Counted from the stretch's first letter, positions 1-12,840 are shown. The stretch is DNA of 64,000 bases from Octopus bimaculoides (GCF_001194135.2 NC_068991.1:77067413-77131412), one strand, 5' to 3'. The notes: a model not told the origin generated them from the letters alone. A program made the numbers and translations.

Positions 1-413
1 CAACCCATTAACAATACACTAACGAGGCTTATAATAGCTCTGCTGCATAACACTAACAACAGGTATTATGGCTTAGTCACAATGCACTAACAACAGCTAA
101 TAACAACTTAGCCACAATGCTAACAACAACACATTGAAACATAACCTTACCATAACACAACCACAGAAATAACAATTGGAAAAGATAACACATTCAGAAA
201 CCATGACCAACATCAAATCATAGTGGATGCTGAAGAGGTAATGATAAACACCTGACAGGTGAAGACACCTTGATATTTTCAGTTTGAAGTTGGCATGAAT
301 TTCTTTAATTTCCACAATTAATGTCATAGAGAAGATACAAAGGTTGTATTATCTCATTTTCCCAACTACCTTATAGTATACATTTGTTTGTTAAAATAAA
401 ACTGTTTGCCCCC

Positions 414-672
414 CCGTGCTGGTGGAACATAAAAAGCACCATCCAAACATGGTCAATGCCTGTGCCCCCTTACTGGCTCCTGTGCCAGTGGAATGTAAAA
501 AGCACCCACTTCACTCTCAGAGTGGTTGGCGTTAGGAAGGGCATCTAGCTGTACAAACTCTGCCTGATCAGATTGGAGCCTGGTGCAGCCGCTGGCTTTC
601 CAGACCTCAGTCAAACCATCCAACCCATGCCAGCATGGAAAACAGACGTTAAACGATGATGATGATAATGAT
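414..672 (+). mobile_element. Family A retroposon 3' portion (probable RTE-type tail, (GAT)n end)
   Basis: TGGTTGGCGTTAGGAAGGGCATC...CAACCCATGCCAGCATGGAAAACAGACGTTAAAC(GAT)n; the same body recurs at 7313, 10565, 52186 and in reverse at 1073, 16122, 29355. The RTE link is inferred. Confidence 0.85.
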
Positions 673-1072
673 ATGCAGTTGAATCTTACAAAACCAAGTC
701 AGATGACATTTCAAAAATATATATAACCATGTAATTCACTCATAATTATAATTTTGATTGAGGAAAAGCATAAGTTATATGTTGCTGGGGAGTAAATGAC
801 ATAAACGTTTTTTAACCCCTATATTTTTCTTGTAAGGATTCAATTGGTTTTTCAGAAGGATGAATGGAAAAGTGAACTCTAGTGTAATTTCAGCTCACAC
901 CAGAGTATGAAAATTTCAAGACTTTGAATAGCTGAAACATTCAGTTCAGTTTTGTGTTGTTTATGTCACTATAACAATGAAACAGTGTAAATAAATGAGT
1001 TGACAAGGTGTTAGAGAACCAGGTAAGAAGCCTGCAAATAGTATTTTATTGTGTTCTGATGATCTCACCGAC

Positions 1073-1376
1073 TTCATCATCATCATCATCACCGTCATGC
1101 TAGCATGGGTTGGACGATTTGACTGAGGACTGGTGGACCAGGAGGCAACACCAGGCTCCAATCTGATTTGGCAGAGTTTCTACAGCTGGATGCCCTTCCT
1201 AACGTCAACCACTCCGGGAGTGTAGTGGGTGCTTTTACGTGCCACCGGCACGAGGGCCAGTCAGGCGGGTACTGGCAACGATCTCGCTCGAATGTCTTTT
1301 CACGTGCCAGGAAGGCAACGTTGGTAACGATCCACGGCCACTCTCGAAATGGTGTATTTTACGTGTCACCTGCACA
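1073..1376 (-). mobile_element. Family A retroposon
   Basis: Reverse complement of the family A body with a (CAT)n tail at 1073-1090; three GTGCNGGTGNCACGTAAAA-like subrepeats at its 5' end. Confidence 0.88.
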
Positions 1377-1414
1377 AACTGTTGAAATTCAGTTCACTCA
1401 GATGTGAGCAGATA

Positions 1415-1615
1415 GTCGTTGTTGTTGTTCAGCTCAGATCAGCCCTAAGGGAGCAGATCATGATCAAATGTTCCATCTGTAATTGCTCGGTGGTTTTGGT
1501 ATGGTTACAGCAAAAAGACCACATCTTTTTGTATATCAGGAACTATATTGTCTGATATATCCAATATTTAAGATTATGATTTGAGAAAGTTTTGGCTGCT
1601 ATTAGTAATAAGTCC
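1415..1615 (-). mobile_element. Family F ~200-bp dispersed repeat (probable SINE, (AAC)n end)
   Basis: Shares GATCAAANNNNTTCCA and TTTGGCTGCTATT blocks with 2960-3150, 34870-35060, 49200-49412 and, inverted, 22140-22350. Strand inferred from the simple-repeat end. Confidence 0.55.
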
Positions 1616-2959
1616 TTGATTCAGATTTGCTTTATTTTACTTGCATTTAGGGTGAATTATTCATTACTGTAAACTATAATGACACTGAATAATTAATGAG
1701 TTATTTGTTGTTTTGTAGCTTTGAGTTCCGTAGAAAAAGTCACCTGTTATACATTGATATTCTAAACAGAGGAACTTTTGTCCTTCCTTTTTCTTAATAT
1801 TATAGAAAGATGAGAAAAGGACTGGCTCACTTGATTGTGAAAATTTATGATAGAAAATAATGACAGGAGTGGGTGGAAGATGAAATAATATTTTGCTAGA
1901 TTAATAGGATGTTTGCCTCCCAGCTGAAAAGTCAGCTGTTCATATTCCACTAAAAGTAATGTGCTGTGAGCATTGACATGACACTTTTGTTGGCTCCATC
2001 CATCTAATTGTTAATAGGTCCTATGGTAAATCACTTCTGATCTTTGTAGGCACCTTATAGATAATGACAAATCTACTGTTAGATTGTAATATTGAGTTCC
2101 AAATCCTTTGTGGTGTATTTTGAAGATGGATAAGTGTATCTAAATGAAGTTTTCAAAAAGACATTGTATGACCTAATGGTTTATGGGGCTTGTTTGTAAT
2201 GATTATAGCAATAATCAGGATGTTGATTTTTTTTTTGCATGCTTGAGTAGTCAAATTTATTGTGGAGCTCCAGTGATAATGTATGATACTAATTTATTTC
2301 TTAAGGGCATTAAATAATTAACTAATGTATTACTGAGAATCAAAAACCTCAGCCCACAGACAGATAACTTATAAATTATAGTAATTAGTGTATTCATGCT
2401 GTCAAAATGACAACTTTTTTAAAACTTATATTGAATTTATAATGAATTTTCTTTATAGTTGTTCAGTTTTAATTTTCCTTGATTATCCCCTGTATTATGA
2501 TGCTTAATCTGTGTTGTGTTTATTTCACTGTAGTATAACTTTGGAGTTGTACAATAAAAATCAAATGCAATAATTATAATTTTTTTTTTTTAGTTTTAGA
2601 CTTAACTCAAACTAATTAAATTTATAATTAATTTGAATTTCTTTTGAAAAAGAAAATTGAATTTTGTTGTTAAAAATTGATGAGAGAATTATATCTCTTA
2701 GGCACCAGCTTTAATGCTATGCTCCACTTGCCATATATAGCCTTATATAGCAATGAGGCTCAGTTTTGTGCTGAAATGTTACATGGATACAAAGATAAAA
2801 ACAGACAAATAACGAGTTTCGTATAATATTTAAAACTTCTTACATGATTGATTGACTGACATTCCTTTCAACATTGTATTCTAACAAAATCTTATTTTTC
2901 CTTACATGACCTAAAAAAAACCCAGAAAAGAACTGAAAGCCTAAAAGGAACTGACAGAT

Positions 2960-3150
2960 ATTGTCTAGCTTAAGACTAACCCTGATAAATAGAACTATGA
3001 TTGAAACCATTCCGACTGTGGTCATCCCATCTTTTTAGAGACATTCAGAACGGTGTGTCAATCATTTTTATGACACTGTGATGTGATTTGAGGGAGATAT
3101 AGTTGCTACATCTAGCAGGCTGAGCTGCTGCATAAAGATTCTCTTGTTGA
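2960..3150 (-). mobile_element. Family F repeat, degenerate
   Basis: CCCTGATAAATAGAACTATGATTGAAACCATTCC...ATTTGAGGGAGATATAGTTGCTACATCTAGCAGG is similar to the other F copies. Confidence 0.5.
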
Positions 3151-3844
3151 GGGATGTCTGTTACTGGGAATGTATTATTAGCTAATGCAAAGATCCAATC
3201 TTCGATGTTGTGAGAGAGCAAATTATAAGTAACTGAGTTTTTGCTTTAGCAGAAGCCGACTGTATGAAAGCACTGAGATATAAATGCTTTTCTTAAGGGC
3301 AACAGCATCAAAAGTAAAATGAAATTAATTGGTTTTAATCAAGAATTAAAACTGGTTCACTTACTGAGTTTGCTGTGAACTTAACTGTTACATCATCGTC
3401 ACACTACTAGTAATTATTTCCTTAGGTGGCATGAAAAAAAAATAAAGATGTCAGAACCTTAGTAAAGCTGATAATTAATACAATGTAATTAGACAGGCAA
3501 ATAGTTACTATGATGGTCACTATCTTCGTAAGGAACCAAGACTCAACGTCAGAAATAGAAGGAAATAAGAAGCAGCTGAAGATGAAGTTCGTTCATGTCC
3601 ACATGATTACAGAAACTTCAATAGGATAGAAATCAATAAAAACTTCTCAAGAACTGTTAATCTGTGACCCATCTAATTAGTCAAGGTTATTGTCACAGAA
3701 TTGTTATTTTTGTTTCAGCAGCCTTTGATGCATGAGTTGGACAAATAGAAGCAAGATGATGGCGAAGATACTGATCATGAAGGTTTGATGATGATTTTGC
3801 CAGAATCAGGATTATAATGATGACATTTATCATATTTTTAACTG

Positions 3845-3965
3845 CAGAGATGATGATGATGATGATGGCGATAATGATGATGATGACAAATAAAGATGAT
3901 AGAACTGATTGCAATAATGGTAGTGAAGGTTGAGTTGAAGACAATAACAATGATACTGATGAGAA
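3845..3965. repeat. Degenerate (GAT)n low-complexity tract
   Basis: Directly visible interrupted GAT repeats. Confidence 0.8.
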
Positions 3966-4228
3966 CCTAATGTTTCTGACTTCTGATGGTCAAACTGAAC
4001 ATCAAATGGTTTTGAGTTCAAATCATCCTAACTAATGAAGAGTGATTGAGCACTTCATTTCTCTGGCATTCAGAGAATCTGAACCAGTAATATACTAGTT
4101 GATTCAAGCACTAATATTGGTCTTCTTAAGAATGTTAACTACAGCAAAGACAAAGGCTATTTTTTCACTGATGAATGGCAGTGCTCAACTCTTATAAATC
4201 TATGATTTAATGTCAATGCAAAAACCAC

Positions 4229-4396
<168 letters not shown>

Positions 4397-4642
4397 GGAG
4401 ATGGCAAGCTGGCTGAATCATCAAAAGATTGAACAAAATGCCTGGCAATGTTGCTTCTAATTCTTTATGCTCTGAGTTCAAATCCTGCCAAAGCCAACTG
4501 TGCTTTGCTATTTTCAGGATCGATAAACTAAAGTACCAGTTAAGTACTGGGGTTGAAGGTGTCTACTAGCCATCTCCCTTCAAAATTTTTGGACTTGTAT
4601 CTAAATTAAAAGCTATCATTATTATTATTATCATTATTATTA
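4397..4642 (+). mobile_element. Family B tRNA-derived SINE, diverged
   Basis: A-box-like TGGCAAGCTGG, B-box GAGTTCAAATCC, AAGTACCAGTTAAGTACTGGGGT core and ATT tail; compare 23991-24203. Confidence 0.75.
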
Positions 4643-5479
4643 TATTGTCTTTGCATGGCTTCTAATGCTGGAGATGTACTACAGTGTCAGCTGTTCACTA
4701 CCAGCTGTTATATTTTGAGGTTGCTGGGATTGACTAACACATTACCCTAAATTTCTGGTTTTGTGCCTATATGTAAAATAATTATTTTTATGACAGTGGA
4801 GTAACAGAAATTGTAGAGCATTAGTGTCAGTGCCTAACACTTTCTAGTTTTGTCATCCTACATTTTGTGTTCAAACCCTATCAGATTAGATTGCAACTTT
4901 CTCTCTTCTACATTCAATAAACTGAGAACAGATTATTTGCAGGACAGGGAACATATATGCTACAATGATATTTCAAAAAAAAAAAAATTGGAGTAAGTGT
5001 TGAGAAGAAACAGGCAGATATCTTCTCTGTAAGCCGAATTCACAATTCCATTTCGATTCCTAACTAAAATCAGTTCATTTCTATTATGCTGCTAATGCCT
5101 TTTGAGGAAAAGACCTGCAGCACACAACTTCACAATTCTTTTCTAAAGTATAAGGTCTTTCTGGTTTATCAAAAGAAATCAATATTTCTAAATAAATGAA
5201 TTAAGAATAAAAGAACAGCAGAAATAATACTGGGTTCATCACCACTACCACCACATAAAAAAAAAAAAATCAACTCATTATTTTTCTGCAAATAAGAGAT
5301 AAAAGTTTAGCAGAGAATATGCAATAATTGAAAGGGATATTTGAGAGAAAAATAATCTAATTGTCTAACACTAATACTTACAGTTCCAACATTTTTTCCC
5401 TGTTATCTAATTTTATTATTTCCCTAAATTAGCTTAATTTAGAATGAAATTGGATAAAATTTATTCTGACATGCTATAT

Positions 5480-5860
5480 GAGATATATATATATATATAG
5501 GATATATATCTGTGTGTGTGTGTTTGTGTGTGTGTGCACACATACAAACTAGGGATTTCTATAAATGTATGTTTGAGCATATGTGTGCTTATGTAAGAGA
5601 GAGTATTGAAATTATGCTTGTTCATTTGTGTACGCGTGTGATTTTATATATATATATATATATATATNNNNNNNNNNNNNNNNNNNNNNNNNNNNNNNNN
5701 NNNNNNNNNNNNNNNNNNNNNNNNNNNNNNNNNNNNNNNNNNNNNNNNNNNNNNNNNNNNNNNNNNNNNNNNNNNNNNNNNNNNNNNNNNNNNNNNNNNN
5801 NNNNNNNNNNNNNNNNNNNNNNNNNNNNNNNNNNNNNNNNNNNNNNNNNNNNNNNNNNNN

Positions 5861-5894
<34 letters not shown>

Positions 5895-5900
5895 CATATA
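5480..5900. repeat. (TA)n/(TG)n cluster around an assembly gap (N 5668-5860)
   Basis: Directly visible. Confidence 0.9.
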
Positions 5901-6965
5901 TGTATTATTTATATGATACATAAATTTCTCTCTGTTGTCTTTCTCTCTCTCAAATTGACTTACACAAACATATATTTATATAAATACAGGTAATTTTTTT
6001 TACATGTGCCTGCATGTATGAGTATATATTATATATGCGTGCACACATGATATATGTCTGTATAATGTGTGTATTGTATTTAAAATGTCTATGTCTGTGG
6101 TTATATGTTATAAACTAAGATATTTATATACACACAAATGCACATGCATATTTTTAAAGCTATCACATACATGCACAAACAAACAATTACATGTATATAA
6201 TTGTGTGTCTATATCTATGTATTTATATGTTTATGTGTGCGAGTTTAATGTTCCCATATATATGTTTGTGTGTAATAAAAATAAACTGCATTCAGAAAAA
6301 TTTGTGAATGTTTGATATAAAATATATAAAACTATAAAATTGCGTTACAAACCTCACCTGCATCAAAAAAGAAAAAAAGGAGAGAAATATTGACAAAAGT
6401 AAATGGTAGATAAAATATGTTAAAATTAAATTGAAATGAAATGAAAAAACAATAGGTTATGTTTATCATGATTTAAATGCCCAAATAAACTGAAAATTGC
6501 ATAACGAAGATATTTTTTTTCCCTTTATCAATTCAGATCCATTATCTTGGATCCCTTTGTTTTGTGGTTAACATTGATTGTTGTCCCTTTAACATGAATT
6601 GATATTAACATTTAGCTTTAAGTCTACGATTGACTATTTGCAACTGAAGAGAAGTGGAAGACAAATGAAAGGCATATACAGTCATGCATATACACACACA
6701 CGTGTGTGTGTGTATGTGTTTGCGTGTGCATGCATGTGTGTGTATATGTGTCTGTATATATATACTATATGTGACATAGCTACTATGTATATGTATATAT
6801 ATTTAATATATGTGCATGCACATACATATATCATCATCAGTTAATGTTCACTTTTCTTCATAGAATGAATGTAGAAATAAAGATAAAAATAGCTGCAGTT
6901 CCATTATCCATAGCACTTACATAGCCTTACCTGCCACCTTGGGTCTTCTGGATACCAATGCCTCT

Positions 6966-6996
<31 letters not shown>

Positions 6997-7067
6997 CATA
7001 AGTAGAAAACATAAATCTGGAGAAGAACCACATTCTAAGATGTAGAGCAGTTTATATTTTAATGGGA

Positions 7068-7206
7068 AAGGCTGGTTCATGGGATTACCCTGGGTTTCAC
7101 GTCCATAAAGGGTTTAGCTTTATAAAGGTTTTGGGGTCTGACAATACGTCATGAAGCTAAACCATTTATGGACAGGAAACCCAGAGTAATCTCATAAACT
7201 AGCCTT
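7068..7206. repeat. Inverted repeat, 53-bp arms (46/53 identical), 33-nt loop
   Basis: Arm 7068-7120 aligned by hand to the reverse complement of 7154-7206 gives 7 mismatches and no gaps. Confidence 0.9.
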
Positions 7207-7312
7207 CTCTATTAAAATATGTGTGTATATATGTATNNNNNNNNNNNNNNNNNNNNNNNNNNNNNNNNNNNNNNNNNNNNNNNNNNNNNNNNNNNNNNNN
7301 NNNNNNNNNNNN

Positions 7313-7552
7313 TGCGGGTGGCACATAAAAGACACCATTTCGAGCGTGGCCGTTTTCGTGCGGGTGACACGTAAAAGCACCCACTACACTCTCTGAGTGG
7401 TTGGCGTTAGGAAGGGCATCCAGCTGTAGAAACTCTGCCAAATTAGACTGGAGCCTGGTGTTGCCATCCGGTTTCACCAGTCCTCAGTCAAATCGTCCAA
7501 CCCATGCTAGCATGGAAAGCAGACGTTAAACAATGATGATGATGATGATGAT
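7313..7552 (+). mobile_element. Family A retroposon, young, 5' end lost in gap (N 7237-7312)
   Basis: Nearly identical to the copies at 10565 and 52186; (GAT)n tail. Confidence 0.9.
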
Positions 7553-7899
7553 ACATATACATATAAATATATGAATTTAAAATTTTATAAAATTTTTAAC
7601 ACCTTCTCTTCTCCATCTTTAATTGTTTATAAAGGATGCGTGTTCTATAAATGCTCATAACATACTTTATACTTGTAACATTTTCATATTTAAAAAAAAT
7701 ACAATAGTAAGATACCAATTTAATTTGAAGAATCTTTATTAGAAAGCTAACTTCGGAACCCACTCAAAGCAAAAGATGAAATAGAACTCAACCTTTTCTC
7801 ATATATATATGCTGACACCCTAAACACTAAGCCACATATATATATATATATATACACGCCATCTTCTGCTTAGATTAATGGGGGGTCATATGGGTGCAT

Positions 7900-8640
7900 T
7901 GATAGAATTTTTACTTTGATCTTATTTATCAAACCACTAATGTTTCTCATTGACATGCTAATAGAGTGCAAATGTTGATTTCTTTTTACTTTTCATGCAC
8001 CAATGCTTTTCTATTCTTTTTGCTAAGTTAAGGTGGTGTTGTTGCATTCACTCTCCATGCAGCTCATATGGTACTCTACATTTCTAGTTTTACAATTTTA
8101 CCTTTAGATTCATTTTGTATACAAAACTATTGTTCTTGATACAGGTGGTCTTTTTGAAAGGGTGTATTTTATTTGTGATTTAATGTAACTGCTTAGTTTT
8201 CCAACGATTTCAATTTTCAATTTGCTTAATGCTCTCTTGAATTTATAAGCTAGTTCACCTTTGGGAATAACAACAGGATTTGTTCTTATTATACCGTGAG
8301 CTTGTCTTGCTTATTTATCTTCTTTATTCTTTATAATGTATTCAATGTCTTGCTCCAAACATACAGGCAGATTCCATTTGTATCATTTTTAATGTTGCTT
8401 TCTAACTTTTTTTTTTCATAGTTCCTTTGTACTCCCTGATTCAATTCTTTTGGTTATGCCTGAAGAATTGCATGTAGGGGAGGAAGTCTAATGCAAGCTT
8501 TTTCTTATTTCGCAGATTTGACACAATTGAGATATATTTCAAATTGTTCTTAGTAAGTTTGCTATTAGGATGTTTATTTTTATGTTTCCTGATATAACAT
8601 AGTTCTGAGGGATTAAGTACTTGGCAGCCATAGGTTTTGA
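7900..8640 (-). mobile_element. Highly decayed Penelope-like element (RT C-terminus / GIY-YIG region)
   Basis: Minus-strand translations across stops and frameshifts give KPMAAKYLIPQ..IKINILIANLLRTI, PVVIPKGELAYKFKRALSKLKI, KNNSFVYKM and RIEKHW..STFALY*HVNEKH*WFDK, in the order expected for PLE thumb-linker-GIY-YIG motifs. Similarity is weak. Confidence 0.42.
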
Positions 8641-10564
8641 ACAATGTGAATGGAGAAGCTGTTGTTGTTTATTGTTTCCAGTCAGAATTTCGTATCTAGG
8701 AGTAAATTGTTTTGATGAAACTTTCTGTCCTCAATAGAAAGCACAATTATTTAGAACTACTGTTTATAGTTGAGATGTTTGATTGTCAGTTTATAGTTGA
8801 GATGTTTGACTGTCAGTTTTTTTATTATGTGTTTGTGGTGAATAAAAGTTCAAAAAAGCATAATAATTTTAAATGTTTGTTAAAAACTGCTCCAGAATTA
8901 ACAACATTCCACATTAAAAATGAAGTATTTATTGCAAAGAATGCAGAGTTGAAATATTTCTTTTTTTATGAAATTGACACTAACAGAAGGTTGACTGTAT
9001 AATTTGAGGAATTTTTAAATGGCTAAATTAATTTTAAAAAAGGTTTAGAATAAAAGTTTGCTATTTAGCTACATTGGAGAATTGGAAAATAAACCTCTAC
9101 CTTATGATCTAAACTGGAATATCTTATTCTCCAAAGCTAATAAATCCTACATTAGAAACATGCAAGAAAAAAAAATGTGGGAGGTTGCATGTGGGAGGTT
9201 GCATGTGGGAATGTTTGGAAATCTTAGCATCAGTGACTTAACCTTAAATACACATTCTGAAAGGATTTCATCCCTCATACACATGGCTTTTAGGATTTTA
9301 CAAAAATTTTAAGCATATTAATTACCTCTACCACTAACATTACTCTGTCTTTCTTTGTTTTCACCTTTACATTTCAATCACAGGATATATATAATTATTT
9401 ACTCTCCAGTTAGCCATGACTCCTCTCATAAACTCACCATCTTCATTCATTCTTCCTCATTGTATAATCTTAATTCCAAATTTACACTTTTCTGTATAAA
9501 TTCCTTCTACATATTTATTCGACTTTGAACACTTTTTGTCTTACGTATTCCTTTTCCTAATTACTCTCCCATGGTTCCCGAACTAATTAAATACATTATT
9601 TCACATCTCTAAATTCATGTGCATTATAAAATTATCTGAATTTATTTTACTTGTTTATTTAATTTTGATCTCCCTTTCCAATTACACTTTCATGGTTCCC
9701 TAACTAATTAAATACAGTATTTTTATATCCTTAAATTGATCTATTACAATTTGTTTTCATATCCTTGCAGAGTTGGTCAATTTATATATACTGGAGCCTG
9801 AATTGATCTTTTTCTTCTGATTAACATAATTAAATCATGATTACAATGTACTACCCCTCCTACAAATTAAGTTACCACACTATAGCTTTAATATTTTATC
9901 TAATATTTTCTCATATCCTTGTTCCTGTAAATCTTAATTAATATGCTCTTTCACATTTTTCATCCCTCTTCCTATTATAACTTCATCAATGTTATTAGAC
10001 TTACTTCCTTTGTCACTGCCTTTCTCAATCTATTACCTTTCAATTTAAATCTAACAACATAATAAAAAAAAAAAAAAAAGAATTTAGTTAACCTTTTTGA
10101 GTCTATTCATCAAAAATATTAAGTCTACCTTTTAAATAAATGCCTGTTTACCTCTTAGCTTCATATAAATTTTGTCAAATTCATGAATCTTTTATGTCTT
10201 GTCTATATTTTAATCATATACACCTTTACCGTTTAGCTTTACTTCTTCAATTAACACCTTTCAACTTTTTATCTAGATAGAACCTTTTATCTAAAATAAT
10301 CGTCAATGTATCATTTACGTTCCCAGTCATATAGTTTATACAGTATTATTGTTCCAACTCACTTTAGTTTTACTTTCTCAATTATTACCCTCAAATCCTT
10401 ATTTAGACAGAATTCAAACCCCTTAAATAATAAATTTTTTTCTTATATTTTTAACGAATACACTTTAATTTATTTATTTGTACCATTCTTGATTTTCTTC
10501 ATAAAATTGCAATATTTTCTCAATATCGCCTAATCCTTTAGAATTTTTACCATTCAATATTGTT

Positions 10565-10689
10565 TTAGGAAGGGCATCCAGCTGTAGAAACTCTGCCAAA
10601 TCAGATTGGAGCCTGGTGTAGCCATCTGGTTTCACCAGTCCTCAGTCAAATCGTCCAACCCATGCTAGCATGGAAAGCGGACGTTAAAC

Positions 10690-10719
<30 letters not shown>
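10565..10719 (+). mobile_element. Family A retroposon, 5'-truncated, young
   Basis: Family A body and (GAT)n tail. Confidence 0.9.
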
Positions 10720-10720
<1 letters not shown>

Positions 10721-12703
10721 AATTACATATACATTACCATCTTTATATTAATTAATATTTACTCTTTATTAAATATCAAACGTTACTTTGTCTGGTAAAA
10801 TCTCTTACATCACTATTCAAATAAGTTATTCCCCTTGTACTAGTTATCTCGTGGTTAGATTTAGGAACACATCCAATGTTATTTCGAAATCAGTTTTATC
10901 CTCTTTTTCAAAATTATCCAAAACGTTCATCACACCACCTCCTTCAGTTTTCTTTTCTATTCTGTTTATGTTCACAGAATTATATTATATGTTGTTTTTA
11001 TTTGTCCAAAATTCCAAGAAAATGACTCCTGAACAAAACAGACAAAAGAAACACAAAGTTTTGCATATTAGTTTAAAATTAGAATGGAGAAAAAAAAAAG
11101 AGGAATGTTTTACGTTTTGGACAGTTTCTTCTTCATAAAAAAAAAGCAGAAAAAAGAGAGGAAAGAAAGAATAAAGAAAAGGAAGTGAGAAAGAAAAGAA
11201 TTACATGGAGTGGGATTGATTGTGTTATTAGTTTTGTAAAATGCTGTAAGTGGATGGTTGAAGAGAGGAAATAGAGGTAGTACAATGGGTTTTGCAGCTA
11301 AGAGAACAAAAATAAATGGGAGGCAATGGGGGAATGAGTTGTATGTGTGTGTGTGAGTTACGCCATGTGTATATGTGTATGTATATTTGTATGTTTATGT
11401 TGTGTGTTTGAGTATATTGTGGTAGTGTGGGGTGTGCACAGCTGCCATAGCTGACACAACCTGTATGTGTTTGTATTTTTGTGTGGGTGTATAGCTGAAG
11501 GAAAGATGGATATTTAACCCTTGGAGTAAAATTGATCTAAGGTAAAAGATAAATTTTAGCTTTTGTCAGACTGTTGAAACCAGGATGAATACAGAAAAAA
11601 GAAGAGAGAGAGAGAAAAATTACATGGAGTGAGATTGATTGTTTATGGAGAATTTGTGGTGTAAAATGACAGTCAAAATGGAGAGGCATTGACCTATGGT
11701 TAAACGAGCAGAAATGGTGGGAAATTGACAATACAGTGTTGTTTAATCAGGCTTCAAAGTAAACCTAGACAAGGTTAAGATTTTGTAAGCAGAATAGAAG
11801 ACAAAACTTTGCTACCTCAGAGAAATGTGCTTGCTATGCAGAAATGAAGTTGATAGAAATTCTAGAATAGTGGAATCACAGGCAGACTTTTAGTAAAAGT
11901 AGACTTTGTATGTGGCAGGTGAACTTGTTCATAACAAGAACACTTACTAAATAATTAAACACATCAAGAGAGCAGTCGTACATTATCCACTCCTTGTACA
12001 CAATAATACATAACTGAAACCTTGAAAAATTTGAACAAAAACTAGGTTTTGTAGCCTCCGATGATCTCTTATAACAAACTTATAACACTACCCAAATCTG
12101 CATTTTTGCAGGATGAGGAAATGCCTTAGATCTGGTGAGTTGCCAATTTTCTAACAAAGTTCAAATATGACCCACTTTGGAATAAGGGAGTGCTACATAC
12201 ACAAGCAACCTAGGCTGCATTAAATAAAAGTATATTTAGCAGATTGGGAGCATGTTACAACTGGCTGACAGATGCACTGTTTCTTTTCTCTGTCTGTTAT
12301 TTTCCAATTACAATGGGTTCTCTTCATTTCAACTAAAAGCTACATAACTCTCCTCTCTATGTTCATTCGCACAAATCTCTCCTCTTTTCATGATTACTGT
12401 GTCTTTATTAAAGACACAGTATTATTATTACAAAATCTTTTCAATCATTTTTCACCTGATTATTTCTCTTTAAATTTCCATTGCCATTCATCTTTTACCT
12501 AAAAAACATCAAACTACAGGAGTTCAGGCTTGATACTGCCATAGGTTAATGATAAAATTTTTGCTTTTATTTTTACTTTTGATACTTTACTAAACTTGTT
12601 ATCTAGTGATTTGCAAAATCTTTAATTTTGATGTTAGCTTACATTTGTATTGATAACTTAGCTTTAGATTTTAAATAATCTCTCTCTATCTCTACACACA
12701 TAT

Positions 12704-12840
12704 TGGTGTGGGCATAACTGTGTGGTTAAGAAATTTGCTTTGCAACCACCTTGGTCAAGTGTCCTCTCTTGCCTCCTCAGGTTGGTCAATGTCTTATGAG
12801 TAACATTTGACAGATAGAAATTATACAAAAATCCATTGTG
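12704..12840 (+). mobile_element. Family C SINE head/CORE-like fragment, degenerate
   Basis: GGGCATAACTGTGTGGTTAAGAA...CACCTTGGTCAAGTGTCCTCT, similar to 19711-19870. Confidence 0.6.

Noticed and set aside
9350-10560. Possible decayed transposon or kinase-like coding sequence on the minus strand
   Set aside because: Hand translation gave only short fragments between stops; no motif strong enough to name.
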